Shown piece by piece: positions 18,017 to 28,583 of a DNA stretch of 64,000 nt. The stretch's first letter is position 1. The number at the start of each line of letters is the position of its first letter. Under the pieces are notes generated by a model. That model was not told the origin of the DNA, made no database searches, and saw nothing but the letters and a program-made list of their open reading frames with translations. Origin of the DNA: a virus (Duplodnaviria; Heunggongvirae; Uroviricota; Caudoviricetes); the IMG/VR virus record IMGVR_UViG_3300035703_000003; one strand, given 5' to 3'. Position numbers and translations under genes: made by a program.

Positions 18017-18430
18017 TTATAGGTTTAGGAGGATCTTTTCTACCGTGCCGTGTTCTGAACTAACATATTGTGACGGTGTTGGATCAATATAACTACGATC
18101 TACTCTTGCTCTGATCCACAGTAAATTTGCACGGAATGTCCATGCTTCGGTGATAGTGTCACCTATACCGCCTGCGCCGCTAGGGGTATTTGTTACTGGA
18201 TATTGTTTAAAACTATTACCACTAGTTAAGTAGATAGGAAACCAGTCTGCCGCAGTTGGATCTGTTGCAAGACTGGCTTCAATGTGAATACGACCTACAA
18301 AATTGTTAACAGTTACACTAACAGTGTGAACACCGTCAGTCTTGCCATAATAGCCATCAGCTTTAACTGCTTCTCCGCTATAGCTGAGACTACTTTGATT
18401 TGTTAATAACGTTACGCTTGTTGCACTCAT
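18017..18430 (-). CDS. Conserved phage hypothetical protein (possibly structural)
   Basis: ADGYYG..DGVHTV..FVGRIHIEASLA.DP...DWF. Confidence 0.65.
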   Translation of the reverse strand: MSATSVTLLTNQSSLSYSGEAVKADGYYGKTDGVHTVSVTVNNFVGRIHIEASLATDPTAADWFPIYLTSGNSFKQYPVTNTPSGAGGIGDTITEAWTFRANLLWIRARVDRSYIDPTPSQYVSSEHGTVEKILLNL

Positions 18431-18591
18431 TCTTTTATAATTTCTACTAACTTGCCTGGTCCAACTAATTCTTGAACAACTGCTTCAATACTATTTATTG
18501 TATCAGCGTCAAGAATTAAAGTTGCTTCCTGCTCGTCACGTAGTAATTCACTTACTTTTATAACTACCATACTTGTATTAAGTTTAGCCAT
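18427..18591 (-). CDS. Small conserved phage protein (54 aa, missing from the ORF track)
   Basis: MAKLNTSMVVIKVSELLRD...LVEIIKE; AGGAG SD, TAAATA upstream, ATGA overlap downstream. Confidence 0.7.
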   Translation of the reverse strand: MAKLNTSMVVIKVSELLRDEQEATLILDADTINSIEAVVQELVGPGKLVEIIKE

Positions 18592-18618
18592 GCTATACTC
18601 CTATTATAGTAGTATTTA

Positions 18619-19317
18619 TTACGCTTCGCTAAACAATTCGACTTTTGTGGTTTTACGAATATCGTTTTTGTATATCATATGTATTGTGCATAAGTCTTCG
18701 TAATTTTTCAAATAAACAGATGCAGCTATACGCCAAGGCATGTAAGCAGAACCAAATATACTAACAGGTGAGGATTGTGAGGATTTAAAATAATAATCGT
18801 ATGATGAAAACCCGTTACTGAACTTATAACTTCCTTCTTCAAAGTTCTCTGTTATAAAGTCTCTGAAGTTGTCAATAAAATCCATACCTTCTGATCGATA
18901 ACAAACTATATCTACTTTATATCTATACAAGTTATAGTATAATTTATTTTTATAGATAACATTAATGTCTGCTAACATTGTGTCTTGTTGTTTTTCAGAC
19001 ATAGGTCCAGTGATATGTTCGACAAAATTCCAACCCACTTCATTGGCAATTTTAAATACATCGTCGGCAGTTTTCAAATAAACGTTAAAGTATGTATCTG
19101 ATCTTATCCTATATTCTATACCTGCAGATTTTTTCATAAACTTTCGCAATTGGCGCTGCATCTTAATAATATCATCGTTTGCAACACCAATACGACCGCC
19201 GTCCACTATCCAATAGCCAGACAAACTAAGCCTGTATGGGAATTTATTATACCAGACCTCTTGCGAGATCTGGTAATTTTTATGTGTCTTAAGATGTTCT
19301 AACGCAGAGTGTGTCAT
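18619..19317 (-). CDS. Hypothetical protein with two internal repeats
   Basis: WYNKFPYRL/YYNLYRYKV and VYLKTADD/VYLKNYED duplications. Confidence 0.65.
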   Translation of the reverse strand: MTHSALEHLKTHKNYQISQEVWYNKFPYRLSLSGYWIVDGGRIGVANDDIIKMQRQLRKFMKKSAGIEYRIRSDTYFNVYLKTADDVFKIANEVGWNFVEHITGPMSEKQQDTMLADINVIYKNKLYYNLYRYKVDIVCYRSEGMDFIDNFRDFITENFEEGSYKFSNGFSSYDYYFKSSQSSPVSIFGSAYMPWRIAASVYLKNYEDLCTIHMIYKNDIRKTTKVELFSEA

Positions 19318-21526
19318 TTTCTAGGACCAATTGAACTGTTGTAATATTGTCACCAAACAGTAATTCTTTAGCAAGCGGCTTTTTAACTTTTTCGTTAATT
19401 AACCGGGCCATTGGTCTAGCGCCCATACTTTCAGTGAACCCATTGGTAGTAAGCCATTCGAGAGCATCTTCATCGAATGTAAATTCAATGTTACGTGGCT
19501 TAAGCATATCGTCTAGTTCCTTTAAGAACTTAATGGTTACATTATGCATTAGCTCTTTGTCTAGTTTGCGGAATGTAACAATTGCATCGAGACGATTACG
19601 GAATTCTGGACTAAAGAAACGTTTTACTGCTTCGTCACTTGCAGACGTATTTGTGTTGTTTCCAAATCCAATAGTGTTACGTTCTGCATCACGGGCACCT
19701 AGGTTACTAGTAAGGATAAGAATAGTGTTTCTTGCACTTACTGTTTTACCTTCACTGTTAGTAATCATACCGTTATCCATAAGTTGTAGCAACACATTGC
19801 TTACGTCTGGATGTGCTTTTTCAATCTCATCTAGCAGTAGAATACAGTTTGGATTTTCTTCTAGTTTGTTTACAAGAAGACCACTACCTTGACCACCTTC
19901 GCCATAACCTACATACCCAGGAGGTGCACCGATTAGTTTAGCAACAGTGTGCCGCTCTTGATACTCGCTCATATCGAAACGAACAAGAGGCATAGTCATT
20001 GCTGTACTAAGTTGTTTTGCAGTTTCAGTTTTACCTACACCGGTTGGGCCTGTAAATAGGAAACAACCGATTGGCTTGTTAGGATCTTTAAGTCCTGCTT
20101 TTGCAATATAGATAGCATCTGCAAGTCTTGTTAGTGCTTCATCTTGACCAAACACTTTTGTTTTAAGTGTAGCTTCAATATTGATAGGCTTTTCTTTTTT
20201 GTATTCGCTGTCTTTGGTAAGAACAAGCTGGTCAACAGGAATACGTGTTAGTTTGGCTACTTCAAAACGAATATCATCTAGTTCGAGAACATGCTTACGC
20301 TTATCCATCGGCAATAGCTTTTGTCTAGCTGCGGCTGCATCAAGAGCATCAAATGCCTTATCGGGTAATTGCCTGTTGTGCCAATATTGATGTGTAAGAT
20401 CTACAGCACCGTGCAATGCATCTTTTGTGTATGTGATTTCGTGGAATAGTTCGTATGACGGAATAGCATTTTCTACAATACGTTTTGCATCTGCTACACT
20501 TGGCTCGGGCACATCGACTTTGTAAAAACGTCTTACAAGGGCCTTGTCCTTCTCGAAGTGTTCACGATACTCGTCGTATGTAGTAGACCCAATGCAACGT
20601 AGCTTACCCTTTTGTAGGGCAGGTTTGAGTAGGTTTGCAACGTCCATGTTGCCGCCGCCTGCACTACCTGCACCCATAATCATATGAATTTCGTCGATAA
20701 ACAAAATTGCATCGTCACGGTTTTCTAGAACGTCTAGCACTTCTTTAATACGTTCTTCGAAGTCTCCACGGAATTTTGTGCCTGCTAGTAATGCACCAAT
20801 GTCTAGTCCGTAAATTGTGTGATCTTTAATAACATCAGGAACATTGTCCTCATTGATAAGATGTGCAAGACCTTCGACAATTGCAGTTTTGCCTACACCG
20901 CTTTCGCCAACAAGAATGACGTTATTCTTTTTACGACGAGCAATAGTCTGGACTAGTTGTTCTAATTCATTTTCACGACCAATAATCGGATCAACAATAC
21001 CATCTGCAGCTTGCTCGTTTAAGTTAACGCAAAATTTACGTAGCAGTCGATCACCTTTAATCGGCTTTGCTTTTAAGTCAACTTCGTCTGCAGTAGGTTT
21101 GTGTGTATCGCTAATATAACCCACAAGCGAGTCACGATTAATGCCATAGTTGCCTAATAGGTAAACTGCAGGGCTACTCGACTCACTCAAAATGCTGATA
21201 AGCAAATCACGTGGATCTAGTTTTTGCCTTCCGTTAAACAGTGCTTGTGTGAATGCACGATTGAATACACGCTCTAGCATAACTGTTTTTTTTGGCTGAA
21301 CGTTTTCTTCGTTAGGTAAACTATCTACTTCATTTTCTAGGTAGGTTGTTAATGCAGTTAGAATTACTGATGCATCTTGATTAAAATCTGCCAAGATATC
21401 TTGAACTTCATCTGTATCTAGCAAGATTGCAAGCAAGTGTTCTAACGTAACATATTCGTGTTTTAGGTCTTTTGATAGAGCAAATATACGTTCTACGAGT
21501 TGTTCAATTTTGTCATTTTGCGACAT
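19289..21526 (-). CDS. clpA: ATP-dependent Clp protease ATPase subunit ClpA
   Basis: HEYVTLEHLL N-domain; two AAA modules (GESGVGKT, GPTGVGKT); IGF ClpP-docking loop; no ClpB middle domain. Confidence 0.93.
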   Translation of the reverse strand: MSQNDKIEQLVERIFALSKDLKHEYVTLEHLLAILLDTDEVQDILADFNQDASVILTALTTYLENEVDSLPNEENVQPKKTVMLERVFNRAFTQALFNGRQKLDPRDLLISILSESSSPAVYLLGNYGINRDSLVGYISDTHKPTADEVDLKAKPIKGDRLLRKFCVNLNEQAADGIVDPIIGRENELEQLVQTIARRKKNNVILVGESGVGKTAIVEGLAHLINEDNVPDVIKDHTIYGLDIGALLAGTKFRGDFEERIKEVLDVLENRDDAILFIDEIHMIMGAGSAGGGNMDVANLLKPALQKGKLRCIGSTTYDEYREHFEKDKALVRRFYKVDVPEPSVADAKRIVENAIPSYELFHEITYTKDALHGAVDLTHQYWHNRQLPDKAFDALDAAAARQKLLPMDKRKHVLELDDIRFEVAKLTRIPVDQLVLTKDSEYKKEKPINIEATLKTKVFGQDEALTRLADAIYIAKAGLKDPNKPIGCFLFTGPTGVGKTETAKQLSTAMTMPLVRFDMSEYQERHTVAKLIGAPPGYVGYGEGGQGSGLLVNKLEENPNCILLLDEIEKAHPDVSNVLLQLMDNGMITNSEGKTVSARNTILILTSNLGARDAERNTIGFGNNTNTSASDEAVKRFFSPEFRNRLDAIVTFRKLDKELMHNVTIKFLKELDDMLKPRNIEFTFDEDALEWLTTNGFTESMGARPMARLINEKVKKPLAKELLFGDNITTVQLVLENDTLCVRTS

Positions 21527-21585
21527 ACTGTTGTTACCTTAAAGTTATAATATTTCTATAATAAACTATATGCAGTAGATGTCAA

Positions 21586-22416
21586 TTAGTTAAAAACATC
21601 ACGCAAAGTTTTATCTAAGTCTTCTTCTGTTAAGCTAGGTATAATAACACTAACTTCTATATATAGATTTCCGTTGGGACTATTGCGTTGAGGCAAGCCG
21701 CCCTCTGGTATTCTAAGTCGTGTTCCTGTCTGTGTTCCTGATTTTATATGTAGTTTTAGTTGACGGTTGTCAAGTGTATCTACCACTTTTTCTGTTCCCA
21801 ACATTGCTTCTTTTAGCGAAAGTCGGATTGGTAGAACTACATTGTATTCTTCTACTCTGAATTTTGCATGTGACTTAATTTGAAACGTAACTACAAGGTT
21901 ACCTGGTTTACCTTGGTAAGTGTTATCACCAAACCCTTGATATCTTATTTGTGTTCCGTGAGTAACGCCCTTAGGTATTTCGATAGTTACTGCCCTTTGT
22001 GTTCCGTTTGGTAGATTTATGTTTAGGTTTTTCTTAGCGCAGTTGAACACATCTTCTAAATCCACACTGTATGTAATATTTATATCTTGGTTACGTGAAT
22101 TCTGTTTAAAATCAGTAAAAGGATTTCTGCCACCAAAGTGTTGTGCAAACAAGTCATTAAAATTTGCAAACGGGTCTGCGTCGGGACGCCTTGATTGATA
22201 GTTGCGAAATGCTTGTTCGGACGCTTGTTCTTCGTTGAACTTTTCTCTAGCATTAGCATCTTTGATACTATCATATGCTCCGTTTATTTCTGCAAACTTT
22301 TCGTGAGATCCTCCTTTATCAGGATGATACTCTTTTGCAAGTTTACGATAGGCAGCTTTAATTTCAGCATCAGACGAAGTCTTGCTAACGCCCAATACGC
22401 TATATGGATCGGTCAT
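21586..22416 (-). CDS. DnaJ/CbpA-type co-chaperone (no Zn finger)
   Basis: J domain with HPD; DnaJ C-terminal domains. Confidence 0.9.
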   Translation of the reverse strand: MTDPYSVLGVSKTSSDAEIKAAYRKLAKEYHPDKGGSHEKFAEINGAYDSIKDANAREKFNEEQASEQAFRNYQSRRPDADPFANFNDLFAQHFGGRNPFTDFKQNSRNQDINITYSVDLEDVFNCAKKNLNINLPNGTQRAVTIEIPKGVTHGTQIRYQGFGDNTYQGKPGNLVVTFQIKSHAKFRVEEYNVVLPIRLSLKEAMLGTEKVVDTLDNRQLKLHIKSGTQTGTRLRIPEGGLPQRNSPNGNLYIEVSVIIPSLTEEDLDKTLRDVFN

Positions 22417-22811
22417 TGAGTAACGGTGTCGTTGAATTCTTGAATTGCTTGATCTGCGTTTTTGTAATAGTTTTCGTATGCAATAATAATTGCTTGTTGT
22501 TGTTGAACTAACGCTCTAATATCGCTAATGTTTAGCCCTAAGTTTTCATAACCTTCACCTGTTAGAACAAACATTGCTAGTGGTTTGCCGCCTGCAGTGA
22601 GTTCTGCAAGTTTAGCATCGAGATTATCTTTGTTAATGATAATCCAGTTTACTTCACGTAAACGCAACTCGTCTACCGGAGGCAACGTTAGTTCTGGTTT
22701 GTCAATAGGCTTTGCGCTGACTTCAATTACTTGGGGTTGGAGTCGGTTGCATGCCACTAGTGTTAGGACCAGGCCAAAGCCAAGGACACTCTTTGTTAAA
22801 ACTTTCGCCAT
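22413..22811 (-). CDS. Putative o-spanin lipoprotein (Rz1-like)
   Basis: Lipobox LVAC, Pro-rich segment, overlaps the 3' end of the i-spanin gene. Confidence 0.65.
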   Translation of the reverse strand: MAKVLTKSVLGFGLVLTLVACNRLQPQVIEVSAKPIDKPELTLPPVDELRLREVNWIIINKDNLDAKLAELTAGGKPLAMFVLTGEGYENLGLNISDIRALVQQQQAIIIAYENYYKNADQAIQEFNDTVTQ

Positions 22812-23208
22812 CTTTTGCATTTAGTTCGCTTTCTGTTAACGGTGATCCTGACAGGATCTCAAAACATCTACCTGCGTTTACAGTGCCTCTATTAACTGCA
22901 CGTTCGATTGATGTTGGTTTTTCTGCTGCTAATAGGCTTAAATCTATATCAGCAAGTTTATTAGCTAGTCTGCTATTTTCTCTACGGATATTTGCGTATT
23001 CTGTGTTTATACGATTAAGTTCGTTTTGTTGTGAAGCAAAATCTGCTTGCATTTGATCTATTGCTGCTTCGTTGGTTGCAACAGCAACTTCTAATTTAGC
23101 ATTATTTTCTTGTAATATAGCCATACGTTGTTGTGTATCATTATAATACCAATAACCTATACCGCTCATTACCATAATAACTACTAAAAGAATACCTGCT
23201 AGTTTCAT
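22723..23208 (-). CDS. Putative i-spanin (Rz-like)
   Basis: N-terminal TM helix, long coiled coil, C-terminal Cys. Confidence 0.65.
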   Translation of the reverse strand: MKLAGILLVVIMVMSGIGYWYYNDTQQRMAILQENNAKLEVAVATNEAAIDQMQADFASQQNELNRINTEYANIRRENSRLANKLADIDLSLLAAEKPTSIERAVNRGTVNAGRCFEILSGSPLTESELNAKDGESFNKECPWLWPGPNTSGMQPTPTPSN

Positions 23209-23211
23209 GCT

Positions 23212-23430
23212 TTACTTGTATCTATATATGATACGTCCTCTACTTAAATCATATGGTGTCATCTCTACATCAACACGATCATGTTGCAGAATATTAATGT
23301 TGTGTTTTCGAATACGTCCGCTAATCGTAGCAGTAATAACCATATCGTTTTCTAATTTAACTTTAAAAATAGCATTAGGAAGACAATCAGTAACAACACC
23401 CGAAACTGTAATTACTTCTTCTTTAGACAT
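23212..23430 (-). CDS. infA: Translation initiation factor IF-1
   Basis: [39 protein letters not shown], 72 aa. Confidence 0.95.
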   Translation of the reverse strand: MSKEEVITVSGVVTDCLPNAIFKVKLENDMVITATISGRIRKHNINILQHDRVDVEMTPYDLSRGRIIYRYK

Positions 23431-23909
23431 TAGATTTTAACACCAGCTAAGAGCTTAATCCTGTTAATAGATTCATTTGTATCTTCTACTGTTTTATACT
23501 TTAACACATATTGTTCAGGACTGTCAACTATTGAATTGCGTAAATTATCCTCGTTTAACTCAAGTGCAGTTGCACCTTTATAGAAGTTAAAATGCCACTC
23601 TTTTATACCAGTGACGTTGTTTACAACTTTCATGATACCTAAAATATTTTCGTGCAGTTTGTTGTTACGTTCAAATTCAACAAACACCATATACTTGCCA
23701 TCATCGTTTGGACCTTGACTAATATCTACGTCGAGGCTTTCAATAACATCGGTCTCAATCAAGTTGCTTAAATCTTTAGCAGGCTGTTCAGACATAACTT
23801 CAAACGCAACCACTACAGTTTCGTTAGCTTCTCCAATTTTTGGTTTATACTGGTCAATACTAATAACAGGTGTTACTAAATTTTCCATTTCTCCATATTT
23901 AACTGTCAT
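23430..23909 (-). CDS. Conserved jumbo-phage hypothetical protein
   Basis: [23 protein letters not shown]; ends [11 protein letters not shown]. Confidence 0.65.
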   Translation of the reverse strand: MTVKYGEMENLVTPVISIDQYKPKIGEANETVVVAFEVMSEQPAKDLSNLIETDVIESLDVDISQGPNDDGKYMVFVEFERNNKLHENILGIMKVVNNVTGIKEWHFNFYKGATALELNEDNLRNSIVDSPEQYVLKYKTVEDTNESINRIKLLAGVKI

Positions 23910-24448
23910 TATAGTTTATCCGTTACTTCTGCTTTGTCTGGAGTCACGTCAGACTGATAGTCGTCATCATACGCACCGTCGACGTCTCCTAAGTCAATTT
24001 CGGTTCCGTTAATAGTAACTTTACTACTTTCGAACTCATCGACGAAATCACGTGGCATTTCGATAGTTACGAGCCAAATATTAGTTTCTTTTTTCTTTGG
24101 TTTTCTTACACCGGTACGGGGATCTGTATCTCCTAAGTCATCCGGAGTAACAATTTTTACAGGTTCAATTAGTTTATCTTTTTTATAATAAACTTTTGCA
24201 CCATGCTTTGTTAAACGCAATGCACCGTCTGGGTCTGGCATTAGCTTTTCTGGATACAGTAATGTAACAGTAATCCAATAACGTGATACGTCTGGTCCCG
24301 CTATAACTTCGCCATATTCCCAGTTCTTATATGCATATAAATGCAAGTTGTCTAATACTTCTTCGAATTCAAGCAGGATGCTTAGATCACTGGATGAATC
24401 TACTAAGTTATCGAGTGTTTGTTTTAATTGTTCTAATTCTGTTGCCAT
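23909..24448 (-). CDS. Conserved jumbo-phage hypothetical protein
   Basis: EFEEVLD..YAYKNW..GEV..GP..RYW..MPDP.GALRL; TAAATA upstream. Confidence 0.65.
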   Translation of the reverse strand: MATELEQLKQTLDNLVDSSSDLSILLEFEEVLDNLHLYAYKNWEYGEVIAGPDVSRYWITVTLLYPEKLMPDPDGALRLTKHGAKVYYKKDKLIEPVKIVTPDDLGDTDPRTGVRKPKKKETNIWLVTIEMPRDFVDEFESSKVTINGTEIDLGDVDGAYDDDYQSDVTPDKAEVTDKL

Positions 24449-24525
24449 CTTAATACTATTTAGCACCTTTCACGGTAAATACTTATGCGTAGATACATTG
24501 GGCTCACACAACAATGGAGTTCTAC

Positions 24526-25245
24526 ATGACAAAACAAAGAGCGAGAAAACAAAATCGGAGTTCGTTTAACGATATGGTAGTTGAATTACAAACATACCAT
24601 AAAAAGAAAATTAAAATTTTGCCACGTAATGTTCATCAAGAAGATTACATAGACTTACTCAATGATACTCAAAAATCGATAGTATTTGCAACTGGGCCAG
24701 CAGGAACAGGTAAAACAATGCTGGCTGTGCAAATGGGTATTCAAAAGTTAGACGCAGGCGAAATTGACCGTATCGTTGTAACAAGACCCGCAGTTAGCGT
24801 TGACGAGCAACACGGTTTCTTACCAGGCGACCTAAACAAAAAAATGGAACCTTGGACTAGACCGATATTCGACTTCCTAGAAGAACATTACACACCAAAG
24901 CATGTGTTGCAAATGCTAGAGAATAAAGAAATTGAAATTTCACCTCTAGCATATATGCGTGGTAGAACTTTTAAGCGTTGTTGGATTGTTGCCGACGAAA
25001 TGCAAAATGCTACACCTGAACAAATGAAAATGCTACTTACACGTATCGGTGAAGGTAGTAAAATAGTTGTTACCGGCGACTTAGCACAACATGACAGAGG
25101 ATACGAAGCAAATGGTTTAAAAGACTTCACTGATAGACTCAACCCAAATCATACTAGAATCGGCCTAGTGCATTTTACAAAAAAGGATGTCGAAAGACAT
25201 CCTGTTGTAGTTGATGTACTTAACATTTATAACGACGAAATTTAA
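24526..25245 (+). CDS. phoH: PhoH-family ATPase
   Basis: GPAGTGKT, RPAV, GFLPGDL, YMRGRTF, DEMQN, GDLAQHD. Confidence 0.93.
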   Translation: MTKQRARKQNRSSFNDMVVELQTYHKKKIKILPRNVHQEDYIDLLNDTQKSIVFATGPAGTGKTMLAVQMGIQKLDAGEIDRIVVTRPAVSVDEQHGFLPGDLNKKMEPWTRPIFDFLEEHYTPKHVLQMLENKEIEISPLAYMRGRTFKRCWIVADEMQNATPEQMKMLLTRIGEGSKIVVTGDLAQHDRGYEANGLKDFTDRLNPNHTRIGLVHFTKKDVERHPVVVDVLNIYNDEI

Positions 25246-25808
25246 GAGATAGTATTAACGATCTGAGCCCAATTATCTACCATCTTAACACCGTCGTAAG
25301 CAAAGTTAGCATTGTGAGGATGCCGAACTAGCAAAGACTTCAAACCAAAGTCTGCGCCAAGTTTTGCGTTTTCTGGTTTATCTTCGATCCAAAACATTCC
25401 GCTGTCTTTGAACGGCAGTAGTGCTTCGTCTTTATCTGCACCAGTGTCGATGCAAGTTACAAAATCAAACACATCGCCAAATACTTCCCGCAAGTTCTGT
25501 TCACGCAACTTAGCTGCAAACGGATCGTTGCTCAAACTGGTAATAGCACCAAACCGGTAACCTTTGGAATAAAGCGCAAATACTCCGTCTACTGCATCTC
25601 GTAAAGGTTTCAAGCAACAAATCCAAGCACTCTCGTTGAACTCTCGAATTAGTGCTTTAATATGCGCTTTCTCTTTGTTGTAAACAATATGCATGTCGTA
25701 GGTTGCGATATTGTTACGTTCAAAGCCTTTTGCTTCCATCCAGTCGTGGAATGCATCTTCCCAATTGAGCAAGACTCCATCTACGTCTGTGAGGATTAGT
25801 TTATTCAT
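25242..25808 (-). CDS. HAD 5'(3')-nucleotidase-like protein (T4 30.2-like)
   Basis: ILTDVDGVLLNW, ITSLS, WIEDK. Confidence 0.8.
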   Translation of the reverse strand: MNKLILTDVDGVLLNWEDAFHDWMEAKGFERNNIATYDMHIVYNKEKAHIKALIREFNESAWICCLKPLRDAVDGVFALYSKGYRFGAITSLSNDPFAAKLREQNLREVFGDVFDFVTCIDTGADKDEALLPFKDSGMFWIEDKPENAKLGADFGLKSLLVRHPHNANFAYDGVKMVDNWAQIVNTIS

Positions 25809-25835
25809 TGTTTTCTCTCTTTTGCTTACAGTATT

Positions 25836-25864
25836 AATATAGTGTGTCGAAAGCAGAAAGTCAA
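25836..25864 (-). promoter_or_regulatory. Sigma70-type promoter
   Basis: TTGACT-17-TATATT. Confidence 0.7.
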
Positions 25865-26070
25865 CCGATAACTTTCTGCTCCAACATCTTTTTACACTCG
25901 ATAATCACCTTACGTTGGAATGGAGTATAATCCTTCCAACGCATTGCAAACGGTGTATCCATCTCGGTAAGTTCTTCTCCAAGAAAGCTAAGAAGATTAG
26001 CTAGTTGATCGTCCTTTACTTTGAACGTGAGGTCCATCATAAAACGACCGAGTGCAGGTGCAGTTACCAT
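25861..26070 (-). CDS. Hypothetical protein
   Basis: Short ORF in operon. Confidence 0.55.
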   Translation of the reverse strand: MVTAPALGRFMMDLTFKVKDDQLANLLSFLGEELTEMDTPFAMRWKDYTPFQRKVIIECKKMLEQKVIG

Positions 26071-26351
26071 GTTTTAGGCTCCACTTTTTTCCATTTAAGA
26101 TTGCGATCCATCGTGCCAACAAGTGCATGACGACCATTTTCGTCGATAGCATAAACCATTGCACTACGAATACGATTTGCTTCTTGCAGCACTACCTTAC
26201 TATATTCTTGTGCTGCAGCTATGTCTTCGAACGACTGATAAACACGACTAGTAGTCCCGGGTTGAAACATAACAACGTTGTAAGCAACTGCTCTATTTCG
26301 AATGCCTTCTTCCCACGCATCCATCGGCTTAAGTTCGCCTCGTTTAGCCAT
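26064..26351 (-). CDS. Hypothetical protein (start MAKRGELK)
   Basis: SD upstream, in operon. Confidence 0.6.
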   Translation of the reverse strand: MAKRGELKPMDAWEEGIRNRAVAYNVVMFQPGTTSRVYQSFEDIAAAQEYSKVVLQEANRIRSAMVYAIDENGRHALVGTMDRNLKWKKVEPKTW

Positions 26352-26511
26352 TATACATCTTCCTCGACGACACATCCAGGATAACGAGCTTCAACTTCTG
26401 CAGCACTTTTACCAAACGCAAACCACGGATACCAACGATACACGTGGGGAGGATTCATTATCGGCGAAACAATAAAAGTCTTCATTCGGCATCTCCATCG
26501 CTTACATATAA

Positions 26512-26540
26512 TATATAATGCAAGATGTCTTGGATGTCAA
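26512..26540 (-). promoter_or_regulatory. Sigma70-type early promoter with spacer palindrome
   Basis: TTGACA-17-TATATA; aagatgtctt at 26522-26531. Confidence 0.75.
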
Positions 26541-26548
26541 TACAAAAT

Positions 26549-27154
26549 TTAACCAAAACACGGATTTGAATAGAAATTTGCTAGAGAAATTAAGTTTTTC
26601 ATTGTAGGTTTTGTAATCCTGAATGCCCACACTTCTGTTAATTCCCGTCTTTCGAAGTATGCTCCGGTAGAATCGCCCATCTTTTCATATGATTTTGGTT
26701 TTGAAGCAATTTTGCTTAGTATATCTTGTCTTGCAATTTCATAATAATCTTCGAGTTTTGATTGAATAATCGAGTTTGATAAATCTACTGTATCGATGGA
26801 TGAAATTTCAACATACCTTTTTACATCATAACCGACAAGAATCATAAATTTGCATTTATCAGATATAGGTATATCTTTGTATGTTGTAGTTAAAATGTCT
26901 TTTGTAGTAGAGGTTCCGATTGTCCACGAAGAGTTTTTGGAGGAAATTTCATACGATTTAGTTTCCCAAGGCATAGTGAAGATATTCATGTCTGCCCCTT
27001 TCCCGTTTTGATAATTCAAACAGCCTTCATATTGATCATGAATCCAATTTCCGATAGCACCAGAATGTCCGCCGAGATATTCCTTCATTACATTAGGTGG
27101 TATAGGATCACCTACACGTGGACCATAATTAAGATATATTGTATTCGATCTCAT
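26549..27154 (-). CDS. Putative PD-(D/E)XK restriction-endonuclease-like protein
   Basis: GAIGNWIHD..GADM....WETKS pattern. Confidence 0.4.
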   Translation of the reverse strand: MRSNTIYLNYGPRVGDPIPPNVMKEYLGGHSGAIGNWIHDQYEGCLNYQNGKGADMNIFTMPWETKSYEISSKNSSWTIGTSTTKDILTTTYKDIPISDKCKFMILVGYDVKRYVEISSIDTVDLSNSIIQSKLEDYYEIARQDILSKIASKPKSYEKMGDSTGAYFERRELTEVWAFRITKPTMKNLISLANFYSNPCFG

Positions 27155-27175
27155 TCTACTCGTCCTGTTATACTA

Positions 27176-28583
27176 TTAAGAAGAAACTTTAAAGCAGCCA
27201 ACTACTTTATACAGATTACCATATTGTGCTTGCACTAGACCACGTGCTGTATAATCATCACGTGCATCAATATGAACATCTTCTTGTAGTGGACCCATGT
27301 TATTGACAGTAGTTTTTACTTGGTTATTTCGTAGGATAGTAACACGATATGTAGGCATAATTTTCTCCTTTATAGCCCTAACACTTTTCCGACACTTTCA
27401 TCTAACCCTTTATACGGGTTTTTATGCAGGTGATCAGCGACCTGTTCAAAGTAAAATGCAGCATCGTCTTCGCCTGCATCACGTAGCTTGTTAGCAGAAG
27501 ATTGCATGAACTCGATAAGTTGTTTAATGCTTACACGACCATCGGTAGGTTTATTCATCATTGATATCCTTTTTAGAAAAATGTTGAGCCCATTCGAGCA
27601 AATCATCAAACCATGGATGATTGTAGTTATTGAGAATATCTACAATTTCTTCCATTGTCAAGTTTTTAAATTGCTTTGGTTTTTTCGTTTCGATCACTGT
27701 TGTCACTTCTGCCCCCTAAGTTTACTTACAATTTTACGCTCACGAACTTCTTCTTCGTGCTGTTTTACAAATTCTTCTTCGCCTGCATATGTGCTGCACT
27801 TGTCGAGTTGCTCTTGCACAAACCACAATAGTTCATACAAGTCCTGTTTACAACCCCATGTTACAAATCCATCCATTCTGGGATCTGTAGCGGCCCAGGT
27901 TATTCTGGATATTTCTTGTTTGATATCCGACTTAGACCAATCGATTATCATTATTCTTTCCAGCTAGATAGCCGTTCGATGACCTTTTTTTCTTGTTGAA
28001 TTTCTACGTGTGCTTTGTCTTTGGCTGACGACCACATCAATGAACCGAACAGATATGTGATAAACCCTAGTGCTACAATAGCAAACTCACTACCTTCCAT
28101 AAAGCCGAAATATTTAACAACATGACCGAGAACGTAAACTATCACCGCAGTTGTAGTTGCAAACGCAAGACCTTTGCCTACGTTAATAGAAAAATGCTTG
28201 ATGGTTAGTTTTTGTACTTCTGTTAAGTTACGCATGTGCAGGTTCCTCCATTTCAGAATAAAGTTTATCCATTTCAGATTCATACTCGTTGATCTGATTT
28301 AGTAATGCCCGACGGCGAGTTCGGATCAGTTTGCGTTGAACGTTAGGATCAAGTTCTCCTAGTAGGGCTTCTAGGAAATCAACTTCTTCATACATTTCGA
28401 TCATTCGAGTGACTCCGTGCAATCACAGTCGCCGACCCACTCCATCCAAATTGTATCGTAAGCAACGTCTTTTTGAGCTAGCCAATGACCTACCCATTCC
28501 GGGTTCATTCGAGCAGTAACAGCTACTACAAGAACATACATCACTAACAAAAAGATTGCAAAGTCACGCATATTGCGGATCAT
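27176..28583 (-). other. Cluster of small hypothetical CDSs (27176-27358, 27370-~27560, 27703-27951, 27951-~28235, 28228-~28400, 28401-28583)
   Basis: Tightly packed minus-strand ORFs with overlapping starts and stops; two are membrane proteins. Confidence 0.6.

Noticed and set aside
15334-21119. Plus-strand ORFs such as 15640-16263, 17360-17716 and 19347-19892
   Set aside because: They lie fully antisense to well-supported genes and have shadow-like composition
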